DNA of 53,390 nt, counting the filler, from Jimgerdemannia flammicorona (Eukaryota): assembly GCA_003990765.1 (NCBI GenBank). It is 2 parts of 2 records of this genome, joined end to end, with 100 filler letters (N's around TTAATTAATTAA, not from the genome) between each part and the next. Parts side by side here need not be neighbours in the genome. Positions count along the whole stretch, not along the records: positions 1 to 26,646 come from RBNJ01000708.1; 1 more part is not named here. The stretch is one strand, 5' to 3'. The notes under the pieces were generated by a model. The model was not told the DNA's origin. It saw only the letters and a program-made list of their open reading frames with translations, and searched no databases. The position numbers were made by a program, and so were the translations under genes. Position 1 is the stretch's first letter. Each line of letters opens with the position of its first letter. This document shows positions 1 to 12,645 of the stretch, piece after piece.

Positions 1-46
1 ACACATTGTATTTTCGCGTTAAAGAACGTATTGTAACTCTTTCCAA

Positions 47-1803
47 ATGCTATTAATTTCAAAGCTTACCTACCTACCTTTTGCTTGTACCTCATTCTCC
101 CCAATAGAGCCTCTTCCCAAAAAGGCACGCTTGCATGATGGACTCACCCCGATGGAGGCGGTTGAGAAAGCTGAGCTTACGAATAAAGCCATAGTGAACG
201 GTTGTTTCGACCTTTCCCTCCTCAACGAGAAGGAAAGAGTTACCGTACTTGGGTTCATGGGTCAAGAGGTCCGATCTCAACGAAATTCGTTTATGATGCT
301 GTTCAGAACTGCCTGCGACCTCAAAAACAAGAAGATTCGGGACATCATATCTGTACCCCAGAGCGGCGTTGGCCTTCCTGTGATCAATATACCGAGCTTA
401 TATATCAGAGAGTCTTACAGAAACCTTTACGAATATATTGGCAAAAACTTTGCGGATAGTCCACCGTGGACGACAAATCGAATCACCGTCACCGGCACAT
501 CGGGTATCGGCAAGTCGGCGTTTCTCGTATATTTCACCATCCGACTTCTCGCTGAGAGCAATGACGACAACCCTCCTATCATCATTTTCCACGCTAAAGG
601 TGGAGATTCAGAATGCTACGCCTTTGGAGGGAAAACGACTTTTCGTGCTGGAAGTATTATTGATTTTGCAGACTTGCTCACCCTTCCCGAAACGTGGTAC
701 TTGGCGGACAGTGTCTCGCATCCCTGGCTCCGCACAGCCAAGACAATAATAGCGGTATCGCCGAAAGCTCTCAATTCTGGTGCCAACGACTACCAAGAAG
801 TTACCAAAACGACACCAATTAAATATTACATGGAGCCCTGGATGCTCGATGAATTAGAAGTGTGCCGGAGCAAAATCTTCACAGTTGTGCCAAAAGACTT
901 TATGGAGGAACTTTACAATATGATCGGTGGTGTGCCGAGATACGTCCTGCAAGCTGCAGCGACTGTATTAGTCCGAGATCGGAATAATAGGGATGGTGCT
1001 GTGAAAGACGCATGTTCTCGTGTCAACAAAGCTATTGACGAAGTCAAGAAACCGTCTATGCTTCTGCAATGTGTAGCTCAGGCGAGAGAATCTTTGGAGT
1101 TCAGCAGCCGTCTGCTCCACCATTGGCCTCTTCCTCTCGATCACACAACATACCACCTCGCATGGGCGTCAAACCACATCCTAGAGGAAATCCACAATCA
1201 GCTGGATGCCCAGGCATGGGAGGAAGTATTGAAAGATCTGGTCAAAGAGGATAAAAATCACAACCTCAGGGGACGTCTGTTTGAAATGTACGTGATACAT
1301 ATCTTTCGGAAGGGTGGCTATGTCTTCGAGGTCAAGAATCTCCAAGATAATACGTCCAGTCGGCTCACGATTCCAAAAAATCCGCCATACGAAAATTTTC
1401 GAAAGCTGGATCTGTCACAATATGACGAACAACGAGAAGGGACGAAAAAGAACAAGAAGACAAAGAAGACCGAGAAATTACTCCTTCCATCGAATCCTAA
1501 CCACCCTTGTGTCGACCTAGTCCTAACACCGGACAACATGTTCCAAGTTACAGTATCTTCACAACATCCTATCAAACAAAACCCTTTAAAAAATATTGTC
1601 GAAAATCTCGGCTATATTTTATCGTACCGGCCGACGTCTATACAAATTTCCGGCTTCAAAATTACGAAACGGAGGACGGTAAGGTCGCCAAGAATGTGCC
1701 TAAGGCTATAACAAATCGCGTTGAACAATGGGCTCTGAAATTCGATCTTAGGACTGCAGCAATTGGTAAATCACCTGGTGTGAGAAATGGCGCGCCGTAT
1801 TAA
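47..1803 (+). CDS. Crinkler (CRN/CR-effector)-like protein: P-loop NTPase plus C-terminal PD-(D/E)xK REase-like domain; frameshifted near 1605, N-terminal exon(s) probably upstream of the window
   Basis: The ORF 47..1711 has Walker A GTSGIGKS, YMEPWxxDEL, IGGVPRYVL, RGRLFE and DLVLxxDNMFQVTVSxxHPIK. The typical CRN C-terminus (RLYFIVP...Q.Y...VEQWAL) lies in another frame (1507..1803). A pyrimidine tract plus TAG at 105-107 looks like an intron acceptor. Confidence 0.8.
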
Positions 1804-1899
1804 AGGAGCACGCGAGACCGAAGAGGGACTAGGTGATAATTTGAAGTTATATCAGTTATGTAATACACTCGCTTGTATTGATAGAATATCTTTCTATAT

Positions 1900-2905
1900 C
1901 TTGTATATTGAGTATTTTAGTTAATAGAATGATGTGTTTGTATATGTGAAATATAGTTTATTGGTATATTGTAATAGGTGATTTGAATTAGGAATAAGAA
2001 TTGAGGATGGATATTTATAAAAGAAAGTTATAAAAATTTATATAAATATTCTCAGTTTTTAGAGTGAATAATTTCAAGTTAATAGTCTTCTGATAGTCTA
2101 ATAATGGGATTAGATATATGTTATAAGGAGTTAAATACTATTAACTCTGAGAATTAAGTATTTAAGATATAAAGAAATTTACTATATATTGCAGATTATA
2201 TATCTACTAAGTTATAATAATAGTTTATTAATATTTCTAGTTTTTATATTATTAGTAATAAATATATTATATAAGTAAATAATATTACAAATAATAAAGA
2301 AAAGTTATCTTATAACTTTATTAATCAATTAAATATTTGAATTTTACTATTTTTGAATTTTTGGTTTTTTTAAAAAAAAAAAAATTATAAGAGTATATAT
2401 AATAATATACTTTTAATATTTATATATTAATATTAAATGATTATTTTATATAATATAAATATTATATTAAAATTATTATAAAAAATATATATTGATTAGT
2501 AAAGAATTTATAAAAATATAATTAGTAGTAATTAATTATAGTTTATTTATACTAATATTAATTTAAATATATATATATATATAATTATAATTATTTATAT
2601 AAAATAAATATAGATAAGATTATAATCTCATCAGTGATGATAAATATATCATAACTAGTTATATAAAAATCTTTATAACTTACAATAGTATTTAGTAAAC
2701 CTTCACTATACTAAAAAAAAGAAGATCAATACTATAACACTCAGTATTCAACTTTGCTAAAATAAGTAGAGATAAATCTTTTTATTTATTTTAAAATTAT
2801 TATTTATATAATAAAAAAATAATAAAGAAGATGCTAAGCTAATCAAAGTAACTACTTCCTTAATTTAAAATAGCTTTGAGCCATAAAGCTGAGTTTAGCT
2901 CAAAG
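1900..2905 (-). mobile_element. Extremely AT-rich relic; its right part is the 5' end of another family A element (A0)
   Basis: 2805-2905 aligns by eye with 8311-8420 (tataataaaaaaataataaa...taatcaaagtaact...ctgagt(t/c)tagc) and 2630-2750 with 8050-8160. The remainder is unassignable. Confidence 0.55.
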
Positions 2906-3282
2906 GGGAAATTATTTAAGAAAGATATATCAAAAGTAATAAACAGTAAAGACTCTTGAGATGAGAAAAGCAAAAAGAGGTCAACAAAGTAAACAACTAG
3001 TTAAGAAGAACAAAACAAAGACCAGAGAGGTGACCACCCTATAGACAGGCTGGATAAAACCATTATGTCATGACCATATAGATAATAATTACAAAAAACA
3101 AGAGAAAGAGAAGCTAAGATAGAATACACAAACATCCAGTACTAACTATAGGAACAATATTGATACCCAAACTCCAAATAACTAACATGAGACATATAAC
3201 TCAATGCACTCTCAATAATAAGGAAACCAACCAGAGCGAATGTATAGAAAGAAGAAAGTAAAGAAAATGTATGATCACTCAA

Positions 3283-6200
3283 TCACTCAACCATCTTTGT
3301 AATCTTAGTCAGACAGAATCTGACTATAAGGTGGCCACCAGAATTATATATAGTATTGATAGTATAGTAGGCTGTCTTGTAAAAAGTATGAAGAGAGTAG
3401 ACATAAAGTTCCTCCTGCCATTCATCACTGGTAAACCAATTGAGCTGTTCATCATAATTAGAATTACCTTGAAAGATAGAATAGAAATTATTGAGAAGAC
3501 CATATCTGAGGAGATATTCATGATAAAACTTATCTCTACAAGAGCAGGAGTAGGGTTGGCCAAAGTAGCCATAATACCAGGTGAGTGCAGAGTACATAAG
3601 CTGGGGGGGGGGAAGGAGAGGACATAATCAGTACCCTAGGACCATAAACTGTCTTTGAGAGTAATATACTAAATGAGAGCCTGGGAGGAGGAGGACTATT
3701 TCTAAAGTAGTTGGTCCTGAAGAAACAATTAGAGAAAGGAATAGAGCAGACAAGTCTTATAGATATAAAAATGAAGGTCCCAGTATGAGTTAAGGAAGTC
3801 AAGCCAAGAGGTCCAATACTGGAACTTATCAATAATAGAATCCAGAAGATGCATGACAAAGTACTTGCTAAGGAGACTGATAGAGTTATTGCCAGACTTA
3901 CTATATCAATCCAGATGGGTTTGTAATATGCAGCAGAGGTCTAATATTTGATAAAGGAAAGAAGAAAGGCCAAGAATTGAACTACCAAGTAGGGAATGGC
4001 TGAAAAAACTAACTGTCTAAGCAATAGTGTCATCAAAGACCTGCTCAGAATACTTCAACATCTGTAGCCTCATAGTAGTAGTTAGACAAGAAGCTTATAG
4101 AAGAAAAGGCTATATTTCAGCTGTAGTCTAATAAAGATATATAGATATATACAATGGCAAACTTGAATATTACAAACTAGAGAGGACCATGGATATGATA
4201 GAATCCAAGAGTTCATTCCACCTTTACCAGATTTTGCAATATCAGACTGACAAAGTCAAACTCTTTGTTAGTATATGGCACACCCAGATATATATAGGAG
4301 GGGAGTCACAGATAAAACTCTCCCACAATCTGCACAGCACAGTCAGCAGGGCCAACATAACCACACTTCTTAGGATTGAGTTCTATACTATTCACTGAGA
4401 GTCAATCCTTATAGAAATCAATCATCCTATATTCTTCTATAGTAGTGCAGGGAGTGAGGACAATATCATCAGTAAAGAAAAGCCTAAGGAAGAAGTCATA
4501 CTCCTTAAACTGCTCATCAAAGAAGGCAGTGAGTAAGTCAATGAATACATCAAAGAGCCAGGAAGAGAGGAGAGAGCCCTGGAAGAGACTGTGTTCAGTG
4601 GGGACTAATGGAGTGACCAGGTAATTAACAATCACCTAATAGGAGCAGTGATTGAATAGGCTTCAGATAATGCTAAGGAGGGTCTAGTGCTCCCAAACAA
4701 GTCGAATCAATTCGAATAGAATCGAATTGAGGGTTAAATGAGTTGAATTGAATTGGGGATTTTACAATTCGAATCAATTTGAATCGAATCAAATTGAGGG
4801 TCTGATTTGAACCCTAATTTTCAAAATGCGATAACCCAGCGTAAACTCATCCGAATCTAACGTACTTTAGCTTGTTAGATTCACATTAATATGGTGAATC
4901 TAACAAGCTAAAATACGTTAAATTAGGATGGGTATTCATCGAGTTATTACATTTTGAAAATTAAGGTTTGAATCGAACTTCAAATCAAATTGGACCTTTG
5001 ATTCAATTCAAATCAAATCGAATTGGACCCTTGATTCAATCGAATCAAATCAAGTTTGGGCCAAATTCAATTCAATTCAATTCATTGGGAGCACTAGGAG
5101 GGTCACATTGGCTTCTCATTCCTCAAGTTGAGAGAGAATAAGCTTAAGGAGGACTCTATCATAAGCCTGCTGAAGATCAAGAAAGACACAATGGTCCTAC
5201 CCCTTAGTGTATATCTCATGTGAGAGCAAGACATGGGAGAGGGATGAGAAGTGGGTTCAGATGCCATCTTGGTAGTGTGACATTTCTGTCAGACTACTTC
5301 AGCTCTTAATAATGTCTTCCAAATATTTCTCAAAGCATCTATGAAATATCTCAGTAAGAGTGATAGGGTGAAACCCATAAATTGTTCTAGATTTCTCCTT
5401 TTTGGGAACTAGAATAATGATAGTAGAGTTCTAGTTATAGAGAGTGAGCCTCCAAATCATATATATCTAGAAGAAAAAGGACAAGGCTTTCAACAGACTA
5501 TAGGGAGCATCCTTCTCATCTACTATCACTCAAAGAATCTAGACATGTAAGGAGTTAGCCCCACAGACCTTTATGAGGGGGTAGCTGTAGATTTCCCTCC
5601 AAACTGTAGGTTAGTCAAACCAAGACTGCAGTCCAAGAGTACTTATATCAAGAGAGAAGACATTCTCAGAGTCATCAAGGCAGAGAGAGGTGTTCAGTTA
5701 GTTGAAGATTGTAGTAAAATAAGCAATCACATTATTAAACATCAGAACAGTAGAAGAGTGAGATTGAAGGAGAGCAGAAGAGGTGGAGCAGTATGCTCAC
5801 TTAAACCATTGATGGTATCAGAGACCAAAGATATACTGAGAAGAAGGTTCTGCTAGGAGAGTGGTATTGCTTTGATTTCTCTTACATATATCATATAAGC
5901 CCAGAATATTCACACAGACAAACTATAGACCAGAGGTCAAAAGGGAGTCAAGAGAGTTTATGAACTGCTAATGATCTTCCAAAGATTGAAAGTCAATGAT
6001 GTGGTCTCAAACAGAGTAAATGGACCTGATAATAATATCACAAATAATATCTACTGATTCCCAAAGATGAGCTTGAATGACCAGATCAGTCAGATATTTC
6101 GCAGAGTAGTAGTAAACATCAGCTAAAGCAGCAACTAGTGAAAAAGAGAAGGAAAAGAAGATGGTAAGGAGGGAAGAGTAGTTGGTGACAATAGCGGGGG

Positions 6201-6749
6201 TGGTATAAGTAAGAGATATATAGAGAGATGCAGTGGTAAATATATAATTAACATGTATAGATCCAGTCACTGGAGTCAGGTGGTTTAATGACCATATCAT
6301 CAAGGAGGTATTGATGATATCTATCCAATCTCAGAGACTAGAATTGATATCACCAAGTCAAGCACTAAAGTATATATTGATGTCACCAATCATGAGAAAG
6401 AGATCAGACATAAGATCATAGAAATCACCAATGGGAAGAGAGGGGGGGGCATAAACCCCAATCAAAACCAAGCTCTAAAATATGAGCTAGATATAGAAGG
6501 GGTCAGTGGAGGACTCAGAAATAAGTGGGGTGAAACAATTTGATATAAGGACTATGAGGCCACCATTCTGGTGATCCACCATCCTGTGTGATATCAGGGA
6601 GAAGATATGTGAATAAGTGGAGAGAGATATAGCAGAATATACTATATTTCACATATGAAAAAAATCTTGAGAGCAGGATCAATCAACTGACTGAGCACAT
6701 AAAACTTGTTCTGAGTTAGTCCATGTATATTGAGGAATCTGACTCTCAT
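3283..6749 (-). pseudogene. A1 ORF2: APE endonuclease, reverse transcriptase and C-terminal Cys/His knuckle
   Basis: Starts MRVRFLNIHGL...FFICE (APE motif I), then GVYAPP and MIGDIN. RT motifs LFQGSLLSSWLFDVFID and LFFTDD. C-terminus CSCxDKFxHxxLLxx. Many stops. Confidence 0.8.
4685..5096. mobile_element. Non-autonomous hAT-type MITE (412 bp) inserted in A1 RT
   Basis: TIRs TAGTGCTCCCAA / TTGGGAGCACTA; 8-bp TSD GGAGGGTC at 4677-4684 and 5097-5104; subterminal AATCG/AATTC pentamers. Confidence 0.9.
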
Positions 6750-6759
6750 TGGAGGCTGG

Positions 6760-7920
6760 ATATGTTAGTATCAATAGCATAAGAAGCACTTAAAAAGAAA
6801 GCCTTGGCTTCTAAATCCATTGCTATCTCTTAGTTATAGCCACAGTACCACCTACCTTTGAAGTAGAGCCAGCCATCAGTGGGGCAAGAGAGGAGAGAGT
6901 GATGCTAAGTTTCATGATCTATGTCTTATAGAAGGTCTGCACCTCAAGTCTCTTTGCAGTGGCATTATCAGCCAACTGCCAGACTTAGGAATGGAAGAAT
7001 TAGAGTATCTATACTTTTACAGCTTCTGTGGTGTTCTTATTGCAGAGAAGTACAGGGTCCTAGGCTGAGAGAACCAAGAACTCGAGTACCTTTATCTTTT
7101 TTTGGAATTTCATAATATAATCAGAGTATAAGAGAAATTCAATATTAGATGCTGAGATATACAATATATTGAGAATCTTTGACAATATCACATAGACATC
7201 ATATAGGTTCTTTCAGATTTGTCCAATCTTCAGATAGGCAAAGCCATTAATATAAATATGCTATAGCTTAGCATCTCTCTCAGTTGGCAACAAATGAGAG
7301 ATTGACTTGTGGATCATATGAGAGGGTAGTGGCAGCAGTAGCTCCTTCTAGCTCAGGGTAGACCTAGATCCTATCCTTAATAGAAATCTTATTAGCAGTA
7401 GTGATGTATAATTTGGGATAGTAGAGGCTGAAGCAGGGAATGAAGATAGACTAGCAGCACTGGATTCTACAGGTATAATCTGGGGCACTGGCTCAGGGGT
7501 CTTGCCCTTGCTCTTTTTAGAGGGCATGGCTTTGGTAGCTAGAGGTACTGCCATGGGAGTTGCCTCCTTAGGTAGTACACTATACTACAATATAGTGGCT
7601 TTAGTGTCCAACTTGTCTGCTTTCTTCTGGGTCTTTGATTGTGTGTTTGCAGCAGAACTAGTAGGAGTGGGGGCCAAGAACTTGGAGTGGATAGATGGAG
7701 ACTGGCCAGTAGGAGTACTTCCCAAAGAAGCACCAGATAATATAGGAGCAGTAGGTGCTGATTGCTTAGCAAGCTGTACCATGAGCTGAGTATTAATCTT
7801 AGCCAGTTCAGCTACTTGAGTTAGTATATCTAAAATCTGCTTCCTCATTATAGCTATCTCAATGGCCAGATCAGGGATAGCTGAGGGGCTCATATGATCA
7901 ATAGTTGGGGTTATTCCCAA
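6760..7920 (-). pseudogene. A1 ORF1 (coiled-coil N-terminus, Pro/Ser/Lys-rich middle, conserved C-terminal domain); boundaries approximate
   Basis: ORF fragments 7585..7920 and 7348..7554 directly upstream of ORF2; homologous segment at 18505-19440. Confidence 0.6.
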
Positions 7921-8433
7921 ACTAGTATTTAGATGACCATGCTTATTCTAATTGAGAAGCAAAGATATGTGAGAGAAGGATGAGTACTGGGCATCATGGT
8001 TCAAATCTGAAGAGATTGAAATCTCTACATCATCTTCTACATCACATAGAGAAGATAAATACACTAATAGTAATTATACATCTCTGTATAACCTGCATAT
8101 TACTATAAGGCTACTCCAGCTGAAACTGAGGGAGAAAAGACTAATAATATAATATTCAGTACAGCAGAAAGAGGTGTCAAAGTATCGAAAGAGATGAGCA
8201 GTATTGCTATTATTACTGAAAATATAAGAGATAGCTGATATTGCTGGAATAGGTAAAGATATATTTATTTATATTTGTGAAATTGTGAAATATAGATCAC
8301 ATGACCTTTGTTTGTATAATAAAAAAATAATAAATAAGAGGCTTAGTTAATCAAAGTAACTGTTTTTTTTATTATGGAATGGCTTTGGACTGTAAATCTG
8401 AGTCTAGCCAAATGGGTAAATCACATGAGTGGC

Positions 8434-8461
8434 TTAGGTTAGGGTTAGGATTAGGGTTAGG
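8434..8461 (+). repeat. Internal telomeric repeat tract between tandem family A copies
   Basis: TTAGG TTAGGG TTAGGA TTAGGG TTAGG followed directly by CTTCAAGTAAG (family A 3' terminus). Confidence 0.9.
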
Positions 8462-8990
8462 CTTCAAGTAAGAATTTTATTCATTATAGAGAAGATAAGA
8501 TACATCAGAGCTATAAAGGATAAAGACTTCTGAGAGGAGAAAAGCAAAAAGTGGCTAGCAAAGTAAATAACTAATAAAGAAGAGCAAATAAAGACTATAG
8601 AGTTGACCAACCTATGGACGGACTGGATAAAACCATTTTATCACAGTTATAAAGATAATAAATGTGAAAAGTAAGAAAAAGAGAACTAAGATAAATATAC
8701 AAATACTTAGTATTAACTATAGAAATAATATTGACACCCAAACTCCAAATAACTAATATGAGATATATAACTCAATATACTCTTAATAATAAGAGAACAA
8801 ATCAGAGCAAATGAGAGAAAAGAAAAAAGTAAAATAAATATATAATTGTTCAATCACTCAAGTATCTTTATAATCTTGATCAGACAGAACCTGACCACAA
8901 GGTGGTTACTAGAATTACACATAACATCTATAGTATAGTAGACTGTCTTGTGAAGAGTATGGAGATAGTAGATACAAAGTTCCTTCTGCT
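8462..8990 (-). mobile_element. Family A copy A2, 5'-truncated (3' end only, about 530 bp)
   Basis: Matches 9024-9550 and 21314-21845. Confidence 0.85.
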
Positions 8991-9001
8991 ATAGGTATGT
9001 A

Positions 9002-9023
9002 TTAGGTTAGAGTTAGGGTTAGG
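9002..9023 (+). repeat. Internal telomeric repeat tract
   Basis: TTAGG TTAGAG TTAGGG TTAGG followed by CTTCAAGTAAG. Confidence 0.85.
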
Positions 9024-12000
9024 CTTCAAGTAAGGATTTTATTCATTGTAGAAAAGATAAGATATATCAGAGAAATAAATGGTAAAGACTCCTAAGATGA
9101 GAAAAGCAAAAAGAGGCCAGTGAAGTAAACAATGAGCTAAGAAGACAAATAAAGGCCAGAGAGGTGATCATTCTAGAGATAGACTGGTTAAAACCATTTT
9201 GTCACAGCTGTAAAGATAATAAATATAAATCAAAGAAGTGAGAGGATAAGAAATAATATACAAATGCTTGGTACTAACTATAGGAACAATATCAATATCC
9301 AAAAACCAAACAACTAATATGAGATGAATAACTCAATACACTCTCAACAACAAGAGAATCAACTGAGATAAATAAGGAGAAAGAAAGGAATAAAGAAAAT
9401 GTGCAATTGCTCTATCATCTAAGTATCTTCATAATCTTCCTCAGATAGAACCCAACCATAAGGTTGCTACCAGAATTATATATAGTATCAATAGTGTAGT
9501 AGATTATCTCATAAAAAGTATGAAGATGATAGGCTTGAAGTTCTTTCTGCTATTTGTCACTGGTAAACTAGTCAAGCTATTCATCATGATCAGAATTACC
9601 TCAGAAGGCAGAATAGAACTATTGAGAAGACTATATCTGAGGAGATAGTATGATGAAACCTATCTCTATAGGGGCAGGGGCAGGGTTGACCAAAATAGCT
9701 ATAGCACTAGGCAAGGGCAGAATACACAACCTGAAAGAGAAAGAAGAGGATATAGTCAGTGCTATGAGACTGCAAACAATTTTTGGGGGTGATATACTGA
9801 ATGAGCACTTGAGAGGAAAAAGCCCATTCCTGAAACAGCTAGTCCTAGAGAAATAACTGAAGAAAGGAGCAGAGCAAGCAAGTCTTGTGGACCTGAGGAC
9901 AGAGGTCCCAGTACCAGTTAAGGAAGTCAAGCCAAGAGGTCCAATGTTAGAACTTATTAATAATAGAACTCAGGGGATATGTGATAAAGTACTCGCTAAG
10001 AAGACTGATGGGATTGTTGCCAGACTTGCTACACCAATCCAGGTAGGCTTAAAACATGCAGCAAAGGTCTGTCATATGATGAAGAAAGGAAGAGAGGATA
10101 AGAATAGAGCTGCCAAGCAAGAGATGGCCAAAAAATCCAACCACCCAAGTGACAGTGTCATCAAAGATCTGCTCAGGACACTTTAATATCTAAAGCCCCA
10201 TAGTAGTAGCTGAGCAGGAGGCTCATAGAAGAGAAAGGTCATACTCCAGCTGAGACCTAATAAAAGTATGTATAATGGCCAGCTTGATCATTGGTGACCA
10301 GAGAGAACCACAGATATGGCAGAATCCAAGAGTTTGTTCTGCCTTTACCATATTCTGTAATATAAGATTGATAATGTCAAACCCTTTGTTAATATACAGT
10401 ATACCCAGATATACATAGAAGTGGGGCTGCAGGCAGAGCTCACTCCCAATCTGTATAGTACAGTTGGTAGGGCCAACATAACTACACTTATTGTGGTTGA
10501 GTTCCATACCATTCACTAAGAGCCAATCCTCACAGAAGTCAATTATTTTTTGCCCTTCTGTGGCAGTATGCGGGTGAGAGCAATATTATCGGCAAAGAAG
10601 AGTCTAAGGGAGAAGTCATACTTCTTAAACTATTCATTGAAGAAGGTGGTAAGGAGGTTAATGAAAACATCAAAGAGCCAAGAAGAGAGAAGAGAGCCTT
10701 AGAAGAGGCCATACTCAGTTGGGACTGAAAGGGTGATGAGACTATTAACAATCACCTAATAGGAACAGTGATTGAACAGACTTCAGTTAATACTAAGGAG
10801 AACTGCATCAGAACCCCATGCCTTAAGTTAGAAAAAAATGAGCTTGAGGTGGACTCTGTCATATGTTTGCTGGAGATTGAGAAAGACATGGCAGTCCCAC
10901 TCCTTAGTCCACATCTTGTGTAAAAGCAAGATAAAAGAAAGGAATGAGAAGCAGGTTCAGAAGCCATCTTGGCTATGCAACATTTCTGTCAGGCTGCTTC
11001 AGCTCTTGACATATCCTTCCAAACACTACTTGAAGAGCCTATGAAACATTTTAGTAAGAGTGATAGAGCAAAATCTATCAATTATCTAAGATTTCTCCTT
11101 CTTGGGAACTGGGGTGATAATGGTGGAGTTCCAGTAGTAGAGAGTGAGCCCACAGACCATACATATCTGGAAGAAGAACAACAAGGCTTTTAACAGGCTA
11201 CAGGGAGCATCCTTCTCACCTGCCATCACCTGAAGGATCTGGACATATAAGGAGTCAGCCCCACAGGCCTTTGAGAGGGGGTAGCTATGGATAGCCCTCC
11301 AAACCACAGGTTAGTCAAACCAAGACTACAGCCCAAGGGCCTGCACATCAAGGAGAAAGATATCCTCAGAGTCATCAAGATGAAGGGAGATATCTGATTA
11401 CTCAAAGATAGTGGTAAAATAAGCAACCATATTGTTGAAGACCGAGATAGCAGTGGAGTGAGATTGAAGTAGAGTAGGGGGGGGTGGAGTAGTATACTTA
11501 CTTAAAACCGTAAATAGTATCAGAGACCAAAGATGTACTATAAAGTAGGTCCTGCTGAGAGAGTGATGCTACTCTGATTTCTCTTACATCATATGAGCCA
11601 AGAATGTCCTTACATACTAACTATAGACCAGAGGTCAAAAGAGTATTGAGAGAATTTACAAATTTTTGGTGATCTTCCATAGAGTAAAAGCTGGTAATAT
11701 AGTCTTAAAAAAAGTAGATAGACCATACAACAATATTGCAAATGATATCCACCAATTCCCAAAGGTGGACTTGAATGACCAGATCAGTTAGGTATTTTGC
11801 AGAGTAATGTTGAATACCAGCCAAGGCAGTAACTGATAAGGAGGAGAAGGGAAAAGAGACATGAGGAGGAAGGAGTTATTGGTGGTGACAAGGTAAGTAG
11901 TGTATGTGAGAGATGTATGAAAGGATGTGGTAGTCAATGTGTATAGATCCAGCCATCAGGGTTAGGTAGTACAATGGCCAAGTTATCAAGGAGGTATCAA

Positions 12001-12603
12001 TGGTATCTATCCCATCTATAGGACTAGAGTTGACAATACTAAGAGAGGTACCAAAGCAGGTATTGATGTCAACAATCAAAAGGACCTTACCCAGAAAGGG
12101 ACCAGAAATAAGATTATGGAAATTACTAATGAGAAGAGAGAGATAGATGTAAACCCCAACCAATACTAAGCTCTGAAATATAAGCTAGATATGGAAGGGG
12201 TCAGTAGAGGACCCAGAAATGAGAGAAGCAAAACAGTTTGATATGAGGACTATGAGACCACCATTCTGGTGACCCATAATATACAGAATTGTGAAAAAGT
12301 GGAGAGGAATATAGTAGAATGTGCTATGTTTCATATATAAAAAGAACATCAAGGATAAGACCAATCAACTAACTGAGTTAATTGAACTTGTTCTTAGTTA
12401 GTCTATATATATTGAGAAACCTGACTCTCATTGTGGGCTAGATACATTAGAATCAACAGCATGGAAAGTACCTGAGGAGGAAGCTTCGGCTTTTAGATCT
12501 ATCACTATTTCTATAGTCATGGCCATAGTACTATCTACCTTTGAAGCAGAGCTGGCCACTGGGGGAGCTACGGAGGAGAGGGTGAGGCTGAGTTCCATGG
12601 CCA

Positions 12604-12608
<5 letters not shown>

Positions 12609-12645
<37 letters not shown>

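Larger units (their letters stand above)
2910..8433 (-). mobile_element. Family A non-LTR retrotransposon copy A1, near full length (about 5.1 kb without the MITE), degenerate
   Basis: ORF1, APE, RT and CCHC remnants in order on the minus strand; homologous to 9024-12603, 18505-19440 and 21314-23495. Confidence 0.85.

Noticed and set aside
9650..10186. Plus-strand ORFs recurring in family A copies (3271, 9887, 21757, 22183, 22564)
   Set aside because: Antisense to RT/ORF2; recurrence reflects copy homology, and they carry no motifs of their own.
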